Source: a virus
Taxonomy: Duplodnaviria > Caudoviricetes
Length of the DNA stretch: 64,000 nucleotides
Reading direction: 5' to 3' (one strand)
IMG/VR virus record: IMGVR_UViG_3300036770_005357
Program-made: the position numbers and the translations under genes
The notes under the pieces: generated by a model
Seen by the model: only the letters and a program-made list of their open reading frames with translations
Told to the model about the DNA's origin: nothing
The model's database searches: none
Part shown: positions 1 through 9,284 of the stretch, piece after piece
Layout of the letters: the number at the start of each line of letters is the position of its first letter
Position numbering within the stretch: position 1 is the first letter of the stretch

Positions 1-852
1 TCCACCACTCAAACATAATTTTTTGTATTCAGGATATGTTTTATGTAAGTTATTTAATATCTGTAAAATTTTTTCTTCAAAAATATATTGTCCTGTATAT
101 GCATAATTAGATAAATTTTTTTTATTTTTATAGTATACATCCCCCATAAATTCAAAATATCGTTTGTAAAACTCCGTGAAGATATATTCAAAATTTTTGC
201 CATATGGCATTTTTTTTGTAGAAACATGTTTAATATCACCAATTATATCATTATATATTTTATAAATATATTCATCAAAACAACCATGAGAAGACATACC
301 TACAATTTTACCTTCATCTTTTAATCGTTTAAATCCCAGAAATTCTGTCAGTAAACAATAAAACATTCCCAATGAAACACAATCATCAGTAATACCATCA
401 ACATATTTTAATTCATTATTTTCACCCAAATAATACTTTGCAGAATAACCATCGCCACTACCATCCATAGATATAACTAAACATTTATCATTAATAAATC
501 CACTTGTATAATACGCCAAAACACAGTGAGCATCGTGATGATCATAAAATTTAACCTTATCTTTAAGATCAGATATATCAATAAACTGTGATAAACATTT
601 ATTTATAAATTCATCACATTTTTCGTTGTCATGTGGAAATAAAAAATAATCGATTGATTTAAAATCCAACTTATTCTTATAAAATAGTTCCAACAAACAC
701 ATGTAAGGAAATCTAAATGTAGATTGATCAAAATCTATACACGATTTTATTCTAGTAAATCGTTCTTCCTCATAACAATATAAAATATTGCCGTTATCAA
801 CTAATGTAATTCCAGCACAATGAGTTCCATATACAATAGATAAAATTTTCAT
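1..852 (-). CDS. Carbamoyltransferase (NodU/CmcH/TobZ family), N-terminal part, runs off the window edge
   Basis: Not in the ORF track. Manual translation from the ATG at 852 gives MKILSIVYGTHCAGITLVDNGNILYCYEEERFTRIK...HHDAH...MDGSGDG...DEGKIVGMSSHG...LCLSGG, open to position 1. These are family motifs. Confidence 0.9.
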   Translation of the reverse strand, partial: MKILSIVYGTHCAGITLVDNGNILYCYEEERFTRIKSCIDFDQSTFRFPYMCLLELFYKNKLDFKSIDYFLFPHDNEKCDEFINKCLSQFIDISDLKDKVKFYDHHDAHCVLAYYTSGFINDKCLVISMDGSGDGYSAKYYLGENNELKYVDGITDDCVSLGMFYCLLTEFLGFKRLKDEGKIVGMSSHGCFDEYIYKIYNDIIGDIKHVSTKKMPYGKNFEYIFTEFYKRYFEFMGDVYYKNKKNLSNYAYTGQYIFEEKILQILNNLHKTYPEYKKLCLSGG

Positions 853-1102
853 ACATCAACTTTAATATTTTTTACTGAAATTCCGTATCACCCTATATAA
901 CGCATAGATACTATACACCACCAAACTACTCAACGCAACCAATCCACAACTGCTGCCAACAGTAATTACCCACCCCAATACAATCCTCTGTTCTTCATTC
1001 AACATAACTTGTATTCACATATATAATGCAAAATATATCCTAAGAAATATTTTAATTTAAAAAAAAATCATTAGCAAAAAATCAAATAGATATAATTAAC
1101 TT

Positions 1103-1771
1103 ATGCACAATTTTACAGTAGATTATAGCGACGGATTACTTATTAATAATAATTTTTTTGATACGGAATATGTAAAAGATAAACATATGCATTATATGGT
1201 TAAAACATACTTTCTACACAAAAAAATTAAACGAAGCCTACAAACTCACCCAGATCAATTAGGCATAACCGCAACAATCGAAGAATTAGAAACTTCAACA
1301 GATAAAACTCACCTGACAACAAATAATTGTAATTTAGGTTGTTGGCTCATACCAAGTTTCGTAAAACATTTTGTACCGTATTATATAGAAATTTATTACA
1401 ATAATGAGTTATACACAACAGATACTCTTGATTGTAAATTCAAATTGGTAAACTTTACTCTACACCCAAAAGACGATAGAGAATTATATGTGTGGATGAA
1501 TGTAATAGAAAAATTTAAACGAGATATGCAATGCGATATATCAATAAAAAATGATACAGTATACTCAACAACCGAATTCGATAATATCGTAGATGTAAAA
1601 TATAAAACAGATGATCCAAATAAACAATATTATCTGGGATTACATGTAGGTAGATATTATATTCCAAATACCCAAATACCAGATATAAATTATCACCCAA
1701 ATCAATTGCATAATAAAAATTCGCTGGATATAATTAACGATATACTACACTACTACACTTATATCATATGA
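1103..1771 (+). CDS. Hypothetical protein in glycan-modification cluster
   Basis: 222-aa ORF, stop overlaps next start (ATGA). Confidence 0.6.
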   Translation: MHNFTVDYSDGLLINNNFFDTEYVKDKHMHYMVKTYFLHKKIKRSLQTHPDQLGITATIEELETSTDKTHLTTNNCNLGCWLIPSFVKHFVPYYIEIYYNNELYTTDTLDCKFKLVNFTLHPKDDRELYVWMNVIEKFKRDMQCDISIKNDTVYSTTEFDNIVDVKYKTDDPNKQYYLGLHVGRYYIPNTQIPDINYHPNQLHNKNSLDIINDILHYYTYII

Positions 1772-2433
1772 ACGATACGGTATTAATGATAATGTCCATC
1801 CGTAACATTCAGTCCGTAATAGATTGTAATAATAAATTAAATTGTGAAAAAATTTGGTTCAAAGGATACAAAGAATATGAATTAGCACCAATTATTAATG
1901 ACTTCATAGAAAATTCAAATTTCAAATACTACTTCATCACAAGCGATGACGCCTTATTAAATCATAATCACTTCGAATCATTAAAACATAATCTACAGTT
2001 CTATGATATATTAAGCGCATGGTGCCTAATACGACAAAACGCACACTATACCACCATAGTAAAACCAGAAAAATTCGAAAACTATATTTTTAAACCAAGT
2101 TTTACAACAAGTAAATTCACAAATAATTTTCATACCCATTGCTACAAAACTCACGAAATTAACAGTCTTCCAGATATAATACATACCGCTTTCACCGGTT
2201 GGTGCTACACAGGTATGAAAAAACACATCTGGAAAGAATACCCATTTCAAACTCTAAGTTGGCCATACAGTAGTTCAGATCTGCTCTTCAGTAGACGAAT
2301 AGAATCAGATAAAAAATATAAACAACATATCCTAAAAAAAGCACACGCAATACACCTAAGCCACTTTTATAACAAAAGCTACTTCGACCCATCCACTTGC
2401 TTCAATAATAAAGAAATAGTCAAAACATTCTGA
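1768..2433 (+). CDS. Putative glycosyltransferase-like protein
   Basis: 221-aa ORF with a DxD-like ITSDD motif; cluster context. Confidence 0.4.
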   Translation: MNDTVLMIMSIRNIQSVIDCNNKLNCEKIWFKGYKEYELAPIINDFIENSNFKYYFITSDDALLNHNHFESLKHNLQFYDILSAWCLIRQNAHYTTIVKPEKFENYIFKPSFTTSKFTNNFHTHCYKTHEINSLPDIIHTAFTGWCYTGMKKHIWKEYPFQTLSWPYSSSDLLFSRRIESDKKYKQHILKKAHAIHLSHFYNKSYFDPSTCFNNKEIVKTF

Positions 2434-2435
2434 AT

Positions 2436-2903
2436 ATGATCTTCATTCATCCTACCGCAATAATCGATACACAACCCCAAAATATAGGAGAAAATACAAA
2501 AATATGGGCATTCTCCCATATATGCAAAAATACTACCATAGGTAAAAATTGTGTCATAGGTGAAGGCGTATACATCGGACCCAATGTAACCATAGGCGAT
2601 AATTGCAAAATACAAAACCATAGCCTAATATACGAAGGACTATACATAGAAGATAATGTATTCATCGGACCTAATGTTGTAACCACCAATGATATATTTC
2701 CACGCGCCCTAGGCGACTGGTCCTCAAAATTTAGAAAAACTCTAATAAAAAAAGGAGCAAGTATCTGCGCAAATACTACCATTATCTGCGGCACCACCAT
2801 AGGCGAAAACGCAATGATAGGAGCAGGATCCGTAGTTTCAAAAAATATTAAACCAAATTATATCGCATACGGTAACCCAGCAAGACATGTTAGACCCATA
2901 TAA
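2436..2903 (+). CDS. Hexapeptide-repeat sugar N-acetyltransferase (WbpD/WxcM-like)
   Basis: IHPTAII start, left-handed beta-helix repeats (IGKNCVIGEGVYIG, IGDNCKIQN), C-terminal GAGSVV...GNPAR. Confidence 0.9.
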   Translation: MIFIHPTAIIDTQPQNIGENTKIWAFSHICKNTTIGKNCVIGEGVYIGPNVTIGDNCKIQNHSLIYEGLYIEDNVFIGPNVVTTNDIFPRALGDWSSKFRKTLIKKGASICANTTIICGTTIGENAMIGAGSVVSKNIKPNYIAYGNPARHVRPI

Positions 2904-3210
2904 TATATGCAAATTTCCCATATAAAAAATTTTCCCCACTGCTAAATTACAACCCACTATAAAAAAGTCAAAAAGTACCCCACAAAAACCGCAACAAACA
3001 CATATGCAAAGTTCCCAACAAAAAAACTACCATGTGTGTTGTATGGCTCCCCGCGCGGGGGTGGCGCGGGGTCTTTCCATGTTCAGAACCACTTGACGGG
3101 GCTGCGGGGTGGGGAGGGCCGTCAACTTATATAAAAAGGGTGGAGATATATACCCCCACCCCCGTCAAGCACTTATTTAAGGTACCCCCGCTTGGGGTAC
3201 CCCTAAGCAC

Positions 3211-3729
3211 TTAGTGCCACTCACTGAAGAACTGAGGCTTGCCGTTCCAAGGAAACGCCGTGGAGTAGCTGCTAATCTTAAAGTGGACAGAGCCGTCATT
3301 GTAAACCTTGATACGAGCGGTCTTCACTTCGGTACCGATAGCAGTTTCATCAGGCATACACTCACCGGACATGGGTCCATTGTAGTTACGAGTCTCACCG
3401 ATACTGACATACTTCACGCTATTGGGAAGAACGGCCACGATCTTATAAAAATCCACATTGGTCTGTTCATAACCCCAAGAGCAACTAAAAATATCACCAA
3501 CCTTGACATTAGCCTTAGGCGACTCAGCCTTGGTGACATCGGACTGTCTGACGACGAGGTTGTAGTGAGCGTTCTCGGGAGTGGTGTAGAGCGTACCGTC
3601 ACGCTTGGCCTTCCAGACTCGGCACTTGGTACCGGCGGTGACGACGGTGTTGTAGCTGGTGACGTTGGAGTTGAGGGTGACATAATCACCACGACGAACG
3701 GAGGACTTGGTAGCAGAGGTAGTAGTCAT
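3211..3729 (-). CDS. Phage hypothetical early protein (SWGYEQTNVDFY motif)
   Basis: 172-aa ORF directly after a promoter copy at 3742-3769. Confidence 0.7.
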   Translation of the reverse strand: MTTTSATKSSVRRGDYVTLNSNVTSYNTVVTAGTKCRVWKAKRDGTLYTTPENAHYNLVVRQSDVTKAESPKANVKVGDIFSCSWGYEQTNVDFYKIVAVLPNSVKYVSIGETRNYNGPMSGECMPDETAIGTEVKTARIKVYNDGSVHFKISSYSTAFPWNGKPQFFSEWH

Positions 3730-3990
3730 ATTACGGATAAGAGTGTATCAGGTTTTTTGGTAGTGTCAACAGCTTTTTTATTCGGTATAGTCGGTCATGC
3801 GACTGTTACGGAGGAGGAAGGCTTCAAAGGCGTCCATGTCGGTGGTTTCGTCTTCGGTGTAGATCTCTTCAACGGAGATCCGGACCATATCGTGGAGTTC
3901 GTTGTCGGTGTTGGTGTTGTTGATGTCGTTCATTGTGGGAACAGTGTAGACGAACTGTATGGGAAGTCAAGCCCCTCTTGAACTATTTTT

Positions 3991-4179
3991 TTAGACACCG
4001 GCGACAAATCCAGCCCGCTTGTTACGCTCCCACATCACATCCTCAAGCGTGAACCAAGCTCCATCCCTGCGACGAGGATGATTAGCAACATCAGCTTCCA
4101 GCTTATTTACATAATCTTGATCCACCTCATTCCAACCAAAGCTAGCACATTGATAATAAGTGTCGTTGATACAAACAAT
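3991..4179 (-). pseudogene. Orphaned 3' half of a YodL-like gene (homologous to the C-terminus of 5024..5380)
   Basis: Translates IVCINDTYYQCASFGWNEVDQDYVNKLEADVANHPRRRDGAWFTLEDVMWERNKRAGFVAGV*, with no start codon and an in-frame TAG just upstream. Confidence 0.8.
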
Positions 4180-4221
4180 GTTTTTGTAACTTTTTATCTA
4201 TCTTGGTAATACTTATATCAT

Positions 4222-5052
4222 ATGACTATTACAACACAAGGCGGCATCTATAAAATTGTCAACAAACTAAATGGAAAATATTATGTTGGTAGGACCAAAA
4301 ACTTTAAGAAGAGATGGTATGATCACAGGAAACGATTGCGGAAAAACTGTCACATAAACTCACATTTACAACGTGCGTGGAACAAAGATGGAGAACATTC
4401 ATTTGAATTTGTAATTACGGAAATTATTGATGTCACAATTTGTCATAAAGAAACCGAACAAAAGTATATAGATCAACTTATTGAAGATCGCAAAAATGGA
4501 ATCGACAATAGTTATAACATTAGTGAAAGTTCAGATGGACCAACATTATTCGGTAACAAAAATGGAATGTTTGGTAGAAAACACAGCAATGAGTCCAAAA
4601 ATTTAATGTCTAACAATAGACGAGGTAAAAAACATACCGAAGAAACTAAAAAAATGTGGAGTGAACGTCGAAAAGGAAAACCTTCGTGGAACAAGGGGAT
4701 GGAAATGTCAGAAGAATATCGTAAAAAATTATCTATTATCAGAAAAGGCAGAAGACATTCTGTAGAGACTAAAAGGAAAATTTCGTTATCTCAACTTAGA
4801 GAAAAAAATCACCGATTTGGCAAGCGACCAACAGAAAATCAAATAAACAAAATGGTTGATGTTATAGTTGATAAAACTATTTACACTTGGAAAAATGACA
4901 AGTTGTTACGTACAGAAAATATGACCCGAAGAGATTTTTATAAAAAATACAACATACCAGCATCCAACATATGTGATCTTATTAAAGGAAAAAGAAAATC
5001 TGTTTATGGATGGTATATTGAAACTAGTTCGCCCAACGGGGTTCTCGTATAA
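4222..5052 (+). mobile_element. Free-standing GIY-YIG homing endonuclease with NUMOD3-like repeats
   Basis: GIYKIVNKLNGKYYVGRT, R..H, F.F..E, YN motifs; MFGRKHSNESK/KKHTEETK/RHSVETK repeats; AT-rich and antisense to neighbours. Confidence 0.92.
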
Positions 5053-5380
5053 CAGCATTCAAAGCAAACCACGATCCGTTAATACGATTTGGATGGTTTG
5101 AAACCGCATTCTCTAATTCATTAACTTCTTCGGGAGTAATTTCTTTCCATCCAAGCGATTTACACATATGATATCTGCCATTGATACAAACTACATCTCC
5201 AACGCTGAGTGAACGAATATTGCTATTACGAAATAGTTCACATTCATTAGGCGATCCAGAGTTCCATTGATCAAAGACCATTTCAAGCAGATCGTGGTGA
5301 TCGGTAGCCTTATCGGTTTTGATGACGAAGCTAGCGGTGAACTCATCGGGATAGATGACGGTGATCTTGTTGTTTTTCAT
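5024..5380 (-). CDS. YodL-like domain early protein
   Basis: RSLSVGDVVCING motif; own promoter copy. Confidence 0.55.
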   Translation of the reverse strand: MKNNKITVIYPDEFTASFVIKTDKATDHHDLLEMVFDQWNSGSPNECELFRNSNIRSLSVGDVVCINGRYHMCKSLGWKEITPEEVNELENAVSNHPNRINGSWFALNAVIREPRWAN

Positions 5381-5425
5381 TGTGGAAACAGTATACAGGC
5401 TCTAGTGAGGAAGTCAACAGCTTTT

Positions 5426-5671
5426 TTAACCGAGGACCAAGAAATTCTTCCTTCCATTCTCAGCCACCTCGTTCAGTGCCTCAGCATCCCACTCTCCATT
5501 CATCATTAGAGCTTGCCAACGAATCGTCTTGGCTACAGCCTCCAGAGTCGTGTGTACCGGCTTAAAGCTTGCCAAACCGTATCCGTAGAGGATGGAGTCG
5601 TCCACATTGGACAGATCACGGTTGAAATCCTTGGCGATGGCGAAGGCCTGTTGGAACTGGTTCAGTGTCAT
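5426..5671 (-). CDS. Hypothetical early protein
   Basis: ORF with a promoter-like TTGACG-N17-TACCTT upstream. Confidence 0.6.
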   Translation of the reverse strand: MTLNQFQQAFAIAKDFNRDLSNVDDSILYGYGLASFKPVHTTLEAVAKTIRWQALMMNGEWDAEALNEVAENGRKNFLVLG

Positions 5672-5686
5672 TGTGGATATAAGGTA

Positions 5687-5911
5687 TCAGAAGGGATCCG
5701 ATTCGTCAAGCTGTTCTTTTTCCGATTCACTGAAGATTTCGTCTTGACATTTCTGACAGAGTGCGCTTATATAGTATTCTTCAGCTGAGACTACATCTTT
5801 GAAGGTATCTGCACTTTTACCACAAGAGACACATTGATGAGTTGCTAATGCTAAATTGAAGCTTCTACCGAAGAAAGACAGACTGAACTCATCTCGTATG
5901 TCTATGTACAT
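5687..5911 (-). CDS. Small Zn-binding protein (CxxC...CxxC)
   Basis: CVSCG...CQKCQDEIF. Confidence 0.6.
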   Translation of the reverse strand: MYIDIRDEFSLSFFGRSFNLALATHQCVSCGKSADTFKDVVSAEEYYISALCQKCQDEIFSESEKEQLDESDPF

Positions 5912-6486
5912 AAAATAAACTGGGGTTTTATAATATATAGGATCACCCCAAACCTTTTTATATTGTTAAGCCTTGATTGGCTTTTCAGGCATCTTGGCCT
6001 TATCAGCCCAATCAAATGAGAAGATACCGAGTAGTGTACAAAGTGTAGACAATCCTGTTTGATCTGTATAAATCCAAGCCAATCCAAAGAAGATGGCGGG
6101 ACTACAAATAGTAAAGATTGTTAGCAGTACCTTACCGTAATATTCAATTTTGTCAAACATAGTATTTCCTTTCAGTTTTTGTTTTGTTTTATTCTCCCTC
6201 CTGATTATCATTATTCAGTGACTTACGCAAATCTCGCTTGTTTCTAGTACGATCTCGTTGATGCTTAATTTGCTTTTCCTTACGCCTAGCCCGTATCTTA
6301 TGTTTATCACTCATCGTAGTTCCTTCCCCATTTGTTCTTACGGTTATAAACCTTCTTACTAGCTACAATCCTCATACGAGGATCCATGTTCCACTCTTTC
6401 CTAACTTTGATCTTCATCATAAACAGTTTATATTAAAGTTTTGGTTTGTCAAGCCTATGTTGATCGTAGTTTACAATCAAAAGTAA

Positions 6487-6510
6487 AACATAGCGTTAAT
6501 ATGCGCTATG
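6487..6510 (-). terminator. Rho-independent terminator
   Basis: CATAGCG-catattaa-CGCTATG followed by TTTT on the minus strand. Confidence 0.6.
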
Positions 6511-6519
6511 GCAACCCTT

Positions 6520-6726
6520 TTACATACACTGATATTGTTCACTCTGGGTCCAGTTATTGTACCAATTCTGATAATCCTCCTTTACTTGATTATGAGGTAC
6601 CTGCTTGACAATCGTCTTGCTACCCCATACATGTCCGAGGTTCACGGTATTCTTGAACACAGCCCTAACTCGCATATGTACCTTACCGTACTGAACCACA
6701 TCACCAACAACCAATTGCTTATTCAT
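6520..6726 (-). CDS. Hypothetical early protein
   Basis: 68-aa ORF after a promoter copy. Confidence 0.65.
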   Translation of the reverse strand: MNKQLVVGDVVQYGKVHMRVRAVFKNTVNLGHVWGSKTIVKQVPHNQVKEDYQNWYNNWTQSEQYQCM

Positions 6727-6809
6727 ATTGTGAGACTAGTCTACACCAACCACAGGAGATGTCAAGCGGGGTTTTACAGGATCACCCCAAACCTTTCCTA
6801 CCGAACCAC

Positions 6810-7376
6810 TTACACCGCCTCATACACAAGCGAAGGCTTTCCACGACCTTCAGCCTTCTCTTTTCCTACAACAGTGACAACCCCCGATTTTACCCACTGC
6901 CTCACAACAGGATACAACTGAGGCTGATTGTAACCTGTAGAACTTACAAGAAACTTCATCGTAAAGCGTTTGCCTGTAGGAGGTTGTACATCCACCTTAG
7001 CCTTTGGCCGTCTACCCTTGTTGGGTTTACCGGTTCTGGCAGCCTCTTCCTTTGCGTCTTGGCTGTCCTTGGATTTCTTTAGGAGCTGTTCGTACCGTTC
7101 CTCAGCCGCTTCCTCTGTACGACAGTCAAAAGCGATTTTACCGAATGCGGCACTGCCGGGATATTGGATACGATCTTCCTTTTCTACAGCGCCGCCTGGA
7201 AGAGGAGTGCCTTTTGCGATAAACTTTCCAATGAAGACTTCGTAACCCTTGAGGGTACCGTCCATGCGTTCACGTCGGTACATATATACATTACCCTCTT
7301 TCTTTATTTGGATAAATGTATTGTCACCGACACCATCACAGTTCTTGACAAACTTCTTTGGTAGATCCTTGATCAT
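6810..7376 (-). CDS. Early protein with probable C-terminal winged helix-turn-helix
   Basis: C-terminal helices followed by a GRGKPSLVY wing motif; ATG 6 nt after the -10 box. Confidence 0.55.
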   Translation of the reverse strand: MIKDLPKKFVKNCDGVGDNTFIQIKKEGNVYMYRRERMDGTLKGYEVFIGKFIAKGTPLPGGAVEKEDRIQYPGSAAFGKIAFDCRTEEAAEERYEQLLKKSKDSQDAKEEAARTGKPNKGRRPKAKVDVQPPTGKRFTMKFLVSSTGYNQPQLYPVVRQWVKSGVVTVVGKEKAEGRGKPSLVYEAV

Positions 7377-7406
7377 AAAAACAGTGTATCAGGGTTTTAG
7401 GGTCTG

Positions 7407-7703
7407 TCAAGCCTCGTCGTTGGAATTGAATGGGGCGACCTTGTAGGTTGTATCAAGGTACTTGCCTTTGGGAAATTCGTCTGTAAACTCTTCAATTGGG
7501 TCATATTCGGGCTGAAAGTCTGGGAACTTGGCTTTGATTTCAGCATGGATTTGATTCATAAAATCAATCTTTTGGCTGTACAGCGCAATATCTTCGGGAG
7601 AAGGAGTTGGTAGATTTGCTACATATTCGGACAGTTCCTTATGATACTGTTCGTCCATAGCTTGTTCTTGTTCGGGCGTGAGTTCTTGGTTATCTTGGTT
7701 CAT
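7407..7703 (-). CDS. Acidic hypothetical protein
   Basis: 98-aa ORF. Confidence 0.55.
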   Translation of the reverse strand: MNQDNQELTPEQEQAMDEQYHKELSEYVANLPTPSPEDIALYSQKIDFMNQIHAEIKAKFPDFQPEYDPIEEFTDEFPKGKYLDTTYKVAPFNSNDEA

Positions 7704-7707
7704 ATAA

Positions 7708-8043
7708 TTAATGGGAGGTAGAGTTAGTGTTACAGTTAGTTACATTAGAAACAGTAGCATTACATGCGCAAATCTTCAAGCATTTCATTTGCGGTTGAAA
7801 GACGAATTGATCATTACCCCAAACAGATTCATTGAATGTCTTGATCAGGCCGTAATCAATATCAAAGTAAGTGACATTATTCATTTGATCTTTGAAGATG
7901 ATGCCTTTGAATGCTGTATTGAGGTTTTTGTAGAAACCGACTGGGCCTTTATCAGCGATTGAATAACCGTTACATTGGAATGGCAGGTTATCTTTACTAT
8001 TGGTTGGTTCAAACTTAAAAGTAGCGGTTTTATTATTTCTCAT
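7708..8043 (-). CDS. Hypothetical early protein
   Basis: 111-aa ORF after a promoter copy. Confidence 0.55.
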   Translation of the reverse strand: MRNNKTATFKFEPTNSKDNLPFQCNGYSIADKGPVGFYKNLNTAFKGIIFKDQMNNVTYFDIDYGLIKTFNESVWGNDQFVFQPQMKCLKICACNATVSNVTNCNTNSTSH

Positions 8044-8078
8044 ATCGTGGGAACAGTCTACAGGCTTCTACAGGGAAG

Positions 8079-8273
8079 TCATGGAGTATCTTGATCTAGT
8101 TTAATATGATAATGTGAATTAACCGCATCAGCTAACATTTCAATTGCGTTAATCAAATGGCTCAATGTGGATTCCACGGCGGGATCAGTAGGATGTTCGG
8201 CTCCGATACGATAACAAGATTCTTTGGCTTGATCCAACGCTTTGTCAAAAGCTTTTAAATTAATTTCGGTCAT
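8079..8273 (-). CDS. Hypothetical coiled protein (true start probably MTEINLK)
   Basis: The track start at 8318 coincides with the -35 box; the ATG at 8273 follows the promoter. Confidence 0.55.
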   Translation of the reverse strand: MTEINLKAFDKALDQAKESCYRIGAEHPTDPAVESTLSHLINAIEMLADAVNSHYHIKLDQDTP

Positions 8274-8386
8274 ATTTAATTTACTTTTTAAGTCTACCAG
8301 CTTTTTTCTAGAAGTCAATGGGAAAAATATAACAAGTTTTCAGGATCTCACTCACATTCACCATATGGTGATAGCGATATGTTCCC

Positions 8387-8454
8387 TATAAGTCCCTAGG
8401 AATTGAACCTAGTCTCCTGTAATTACCGGCGCATTACCCGAATGCTGAACTTAC
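8387..8454 (-). ncRNA. tRNA-like element with aberrant anticodon arm
   Basis: Acceptor GTAAGTT/GACTTAT, D-like GCA-TTCGGGTAA-TGC, T arm CTAGG-TTCAATT-CCTAG; anticodon arm shortened and mismatched. Confidence 0.55.
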
Positions 8455-8481
8455 GCGTCTATCTGTACCTTGTTATTTATA

Positions 8482-8553
8482 TAGTATACAGAGGATTTGA
8501 ACCTCTCATTCACCACTGGTGATCAGCTCAGTTTAGAATGACCGCCTGTATAT
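8482..8553 (-). ncRNA. Second tRNA-like element with aberrant anticodon arm
   Basis: T arm AGAGG-TTCAAAT-CCTCT, acceptor TATAC/GTATA, TCACC-AGT-GGTGA hairpin in place of an anticodon arm. Confidence 0.5.
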
Positions 8554-8571
8554 ATTATACAAAAAAATCTA

Positions 8572-8729
8572 TGTTTGAGGCAAGAGCATTTCTACATATT
8601 CAGCGGCAGTTTATTAATGGTGTAACATTAACACTTGCATCACAGATATAATTACACTCATATCTGATCTAACGCTAGATAAGTATCTCTCTGTTGCATC
8701 TCAATTACCTTTCGGTAACACCCCAAACA
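8572..8729 (-). ncRNA. Unclassified structured RNA, about 158 nt
   Basis: Closing stem TGTTTGGGG/CCTCAAACA; internal TTACC-GAAA-GGTAA, CAGATAT/ATATCTG and TTAATG/CATTAA hairpins. Confidence 0.5.
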
Positions 8730-8735
8730 AAATTG

Positions 8736-8831
8736 TTTTGGATTCATGCGGTGTATTGGTTATTTTCCGATCCGCAGTGTCCATCCCCTAAACCAATAGG
8801 TGACACCTTTCATTAGCGGTTGAACCCAAAA
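8736..8831 (-). ncRNA. Unclassified structured RNA with kissing loops, 96 nt
   Basis: Closing stem TTTTGGGTTCA/TGAATCCAAAA; hairpins GTGTC/GACAC and TGCGG/CCGCA; loops TTGGTT and AACCAA are complementary. Confidence 0.6.
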
Positions 8832-8852
8832 ATTATTAAAAGAACTAAAATT

Positions 8853-9061
8853 GTTGATATAGAGGGATTGATTACCCTCACGAAGTTTGGTGGTTGCCCT
8901 TGCTAAAGTTTCTTTCAAGTTATTTCCTTGTGTATGTTTGCTTTAACTCTTCTGTATTATTTCAAATACATTCAGATGATTTTTCATTGAGTTTAACCCC
9001 AACAAAGTCAGACTATTGTCATTAGTCCTATCACCTTGCGTCTATTTCCGCCATATATCAA
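8853..9061 (-). ncRNA. tRNA-Leu-like ends enclosing a long insertion
   Basis: 5' TGATATA-TGGCGGAAATAGACGC and 3' GAGGG-TAATCAAT-CCCTC-TATATCA resemble tRNA-Leu halves; about 150 nt lie between them. Confidence 0.55.
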
Positions 9062-9079
9062 AAAGAACAAAAAAATTGG

Positions 9080-9198
9080 TTTGTTAGCTTCGATGACCGC
9101 ATTTAACTGCCTGTATTATACCCCTACTGGGCGATTACCGACAATCGTGTCGGCATCATTCTCCGTCTACTCATATAATACCATCTATAACTAACAAA
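9080..9198 (-). ncRNA. Unclassified structured RNA immediately 3' of tRNA-Asp
   Basis: Closing stem TTTGTTAGT/GCTAACAAA; nested TATTATA/TATAATA, CCGAC-ACGATT-GTCGG and GCA-GTTAAA-TGC. Confidence 0.5.
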
Positions 9199-9200
9199 AG

Positions 9201-9276
9201 TGGCGGTCTATACGAGATTCGCACTCGTTACTGAATCGTGACAGGATTCTATGATAAACTCATTCAACAATAGACC
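9201..9276 (-). tRNA. tRNA-Asp(GTC)
   Basis: GGTCTAT/ATAGACC acceptor, GAATC-CTGTCAC-GATTC anticodon arm, ACGAG-TGCGAAT-CTCGT T arm, G73 and encoded CCA. Confidence 0.9.
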
Positions 9277-9284
9277 AAAATCTT

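Noticed and set aside
54-242. 62-aa minus-strand ORF from the track
   Set aside because: Out-of-frame overlap within the carbamoyltransferase
3214-3981. 255-aa plus-strand ORF, and similar long antisense ORFs (11865..12587, 50171..50611, 53739..54107, 55673..56122)
   Set aside because: Shadows of real opposite-strand genes that carry promoters or motifs; no domains or own signals
8736-8831. Hammerhead ribozyme (CTAATGA resembles CUGAUGA)
   Set aside because: The GAAA and stem order required for the core are not present
8853-9061. tmRNA or group I intron interpretation
   Set aside because: Too short and no G3-U70 pair; the GCA AAC frame gives ANIHKEIT*, not an AA-ending tag; GACTA/TAGTC form a local hairpin rather than a P7 core
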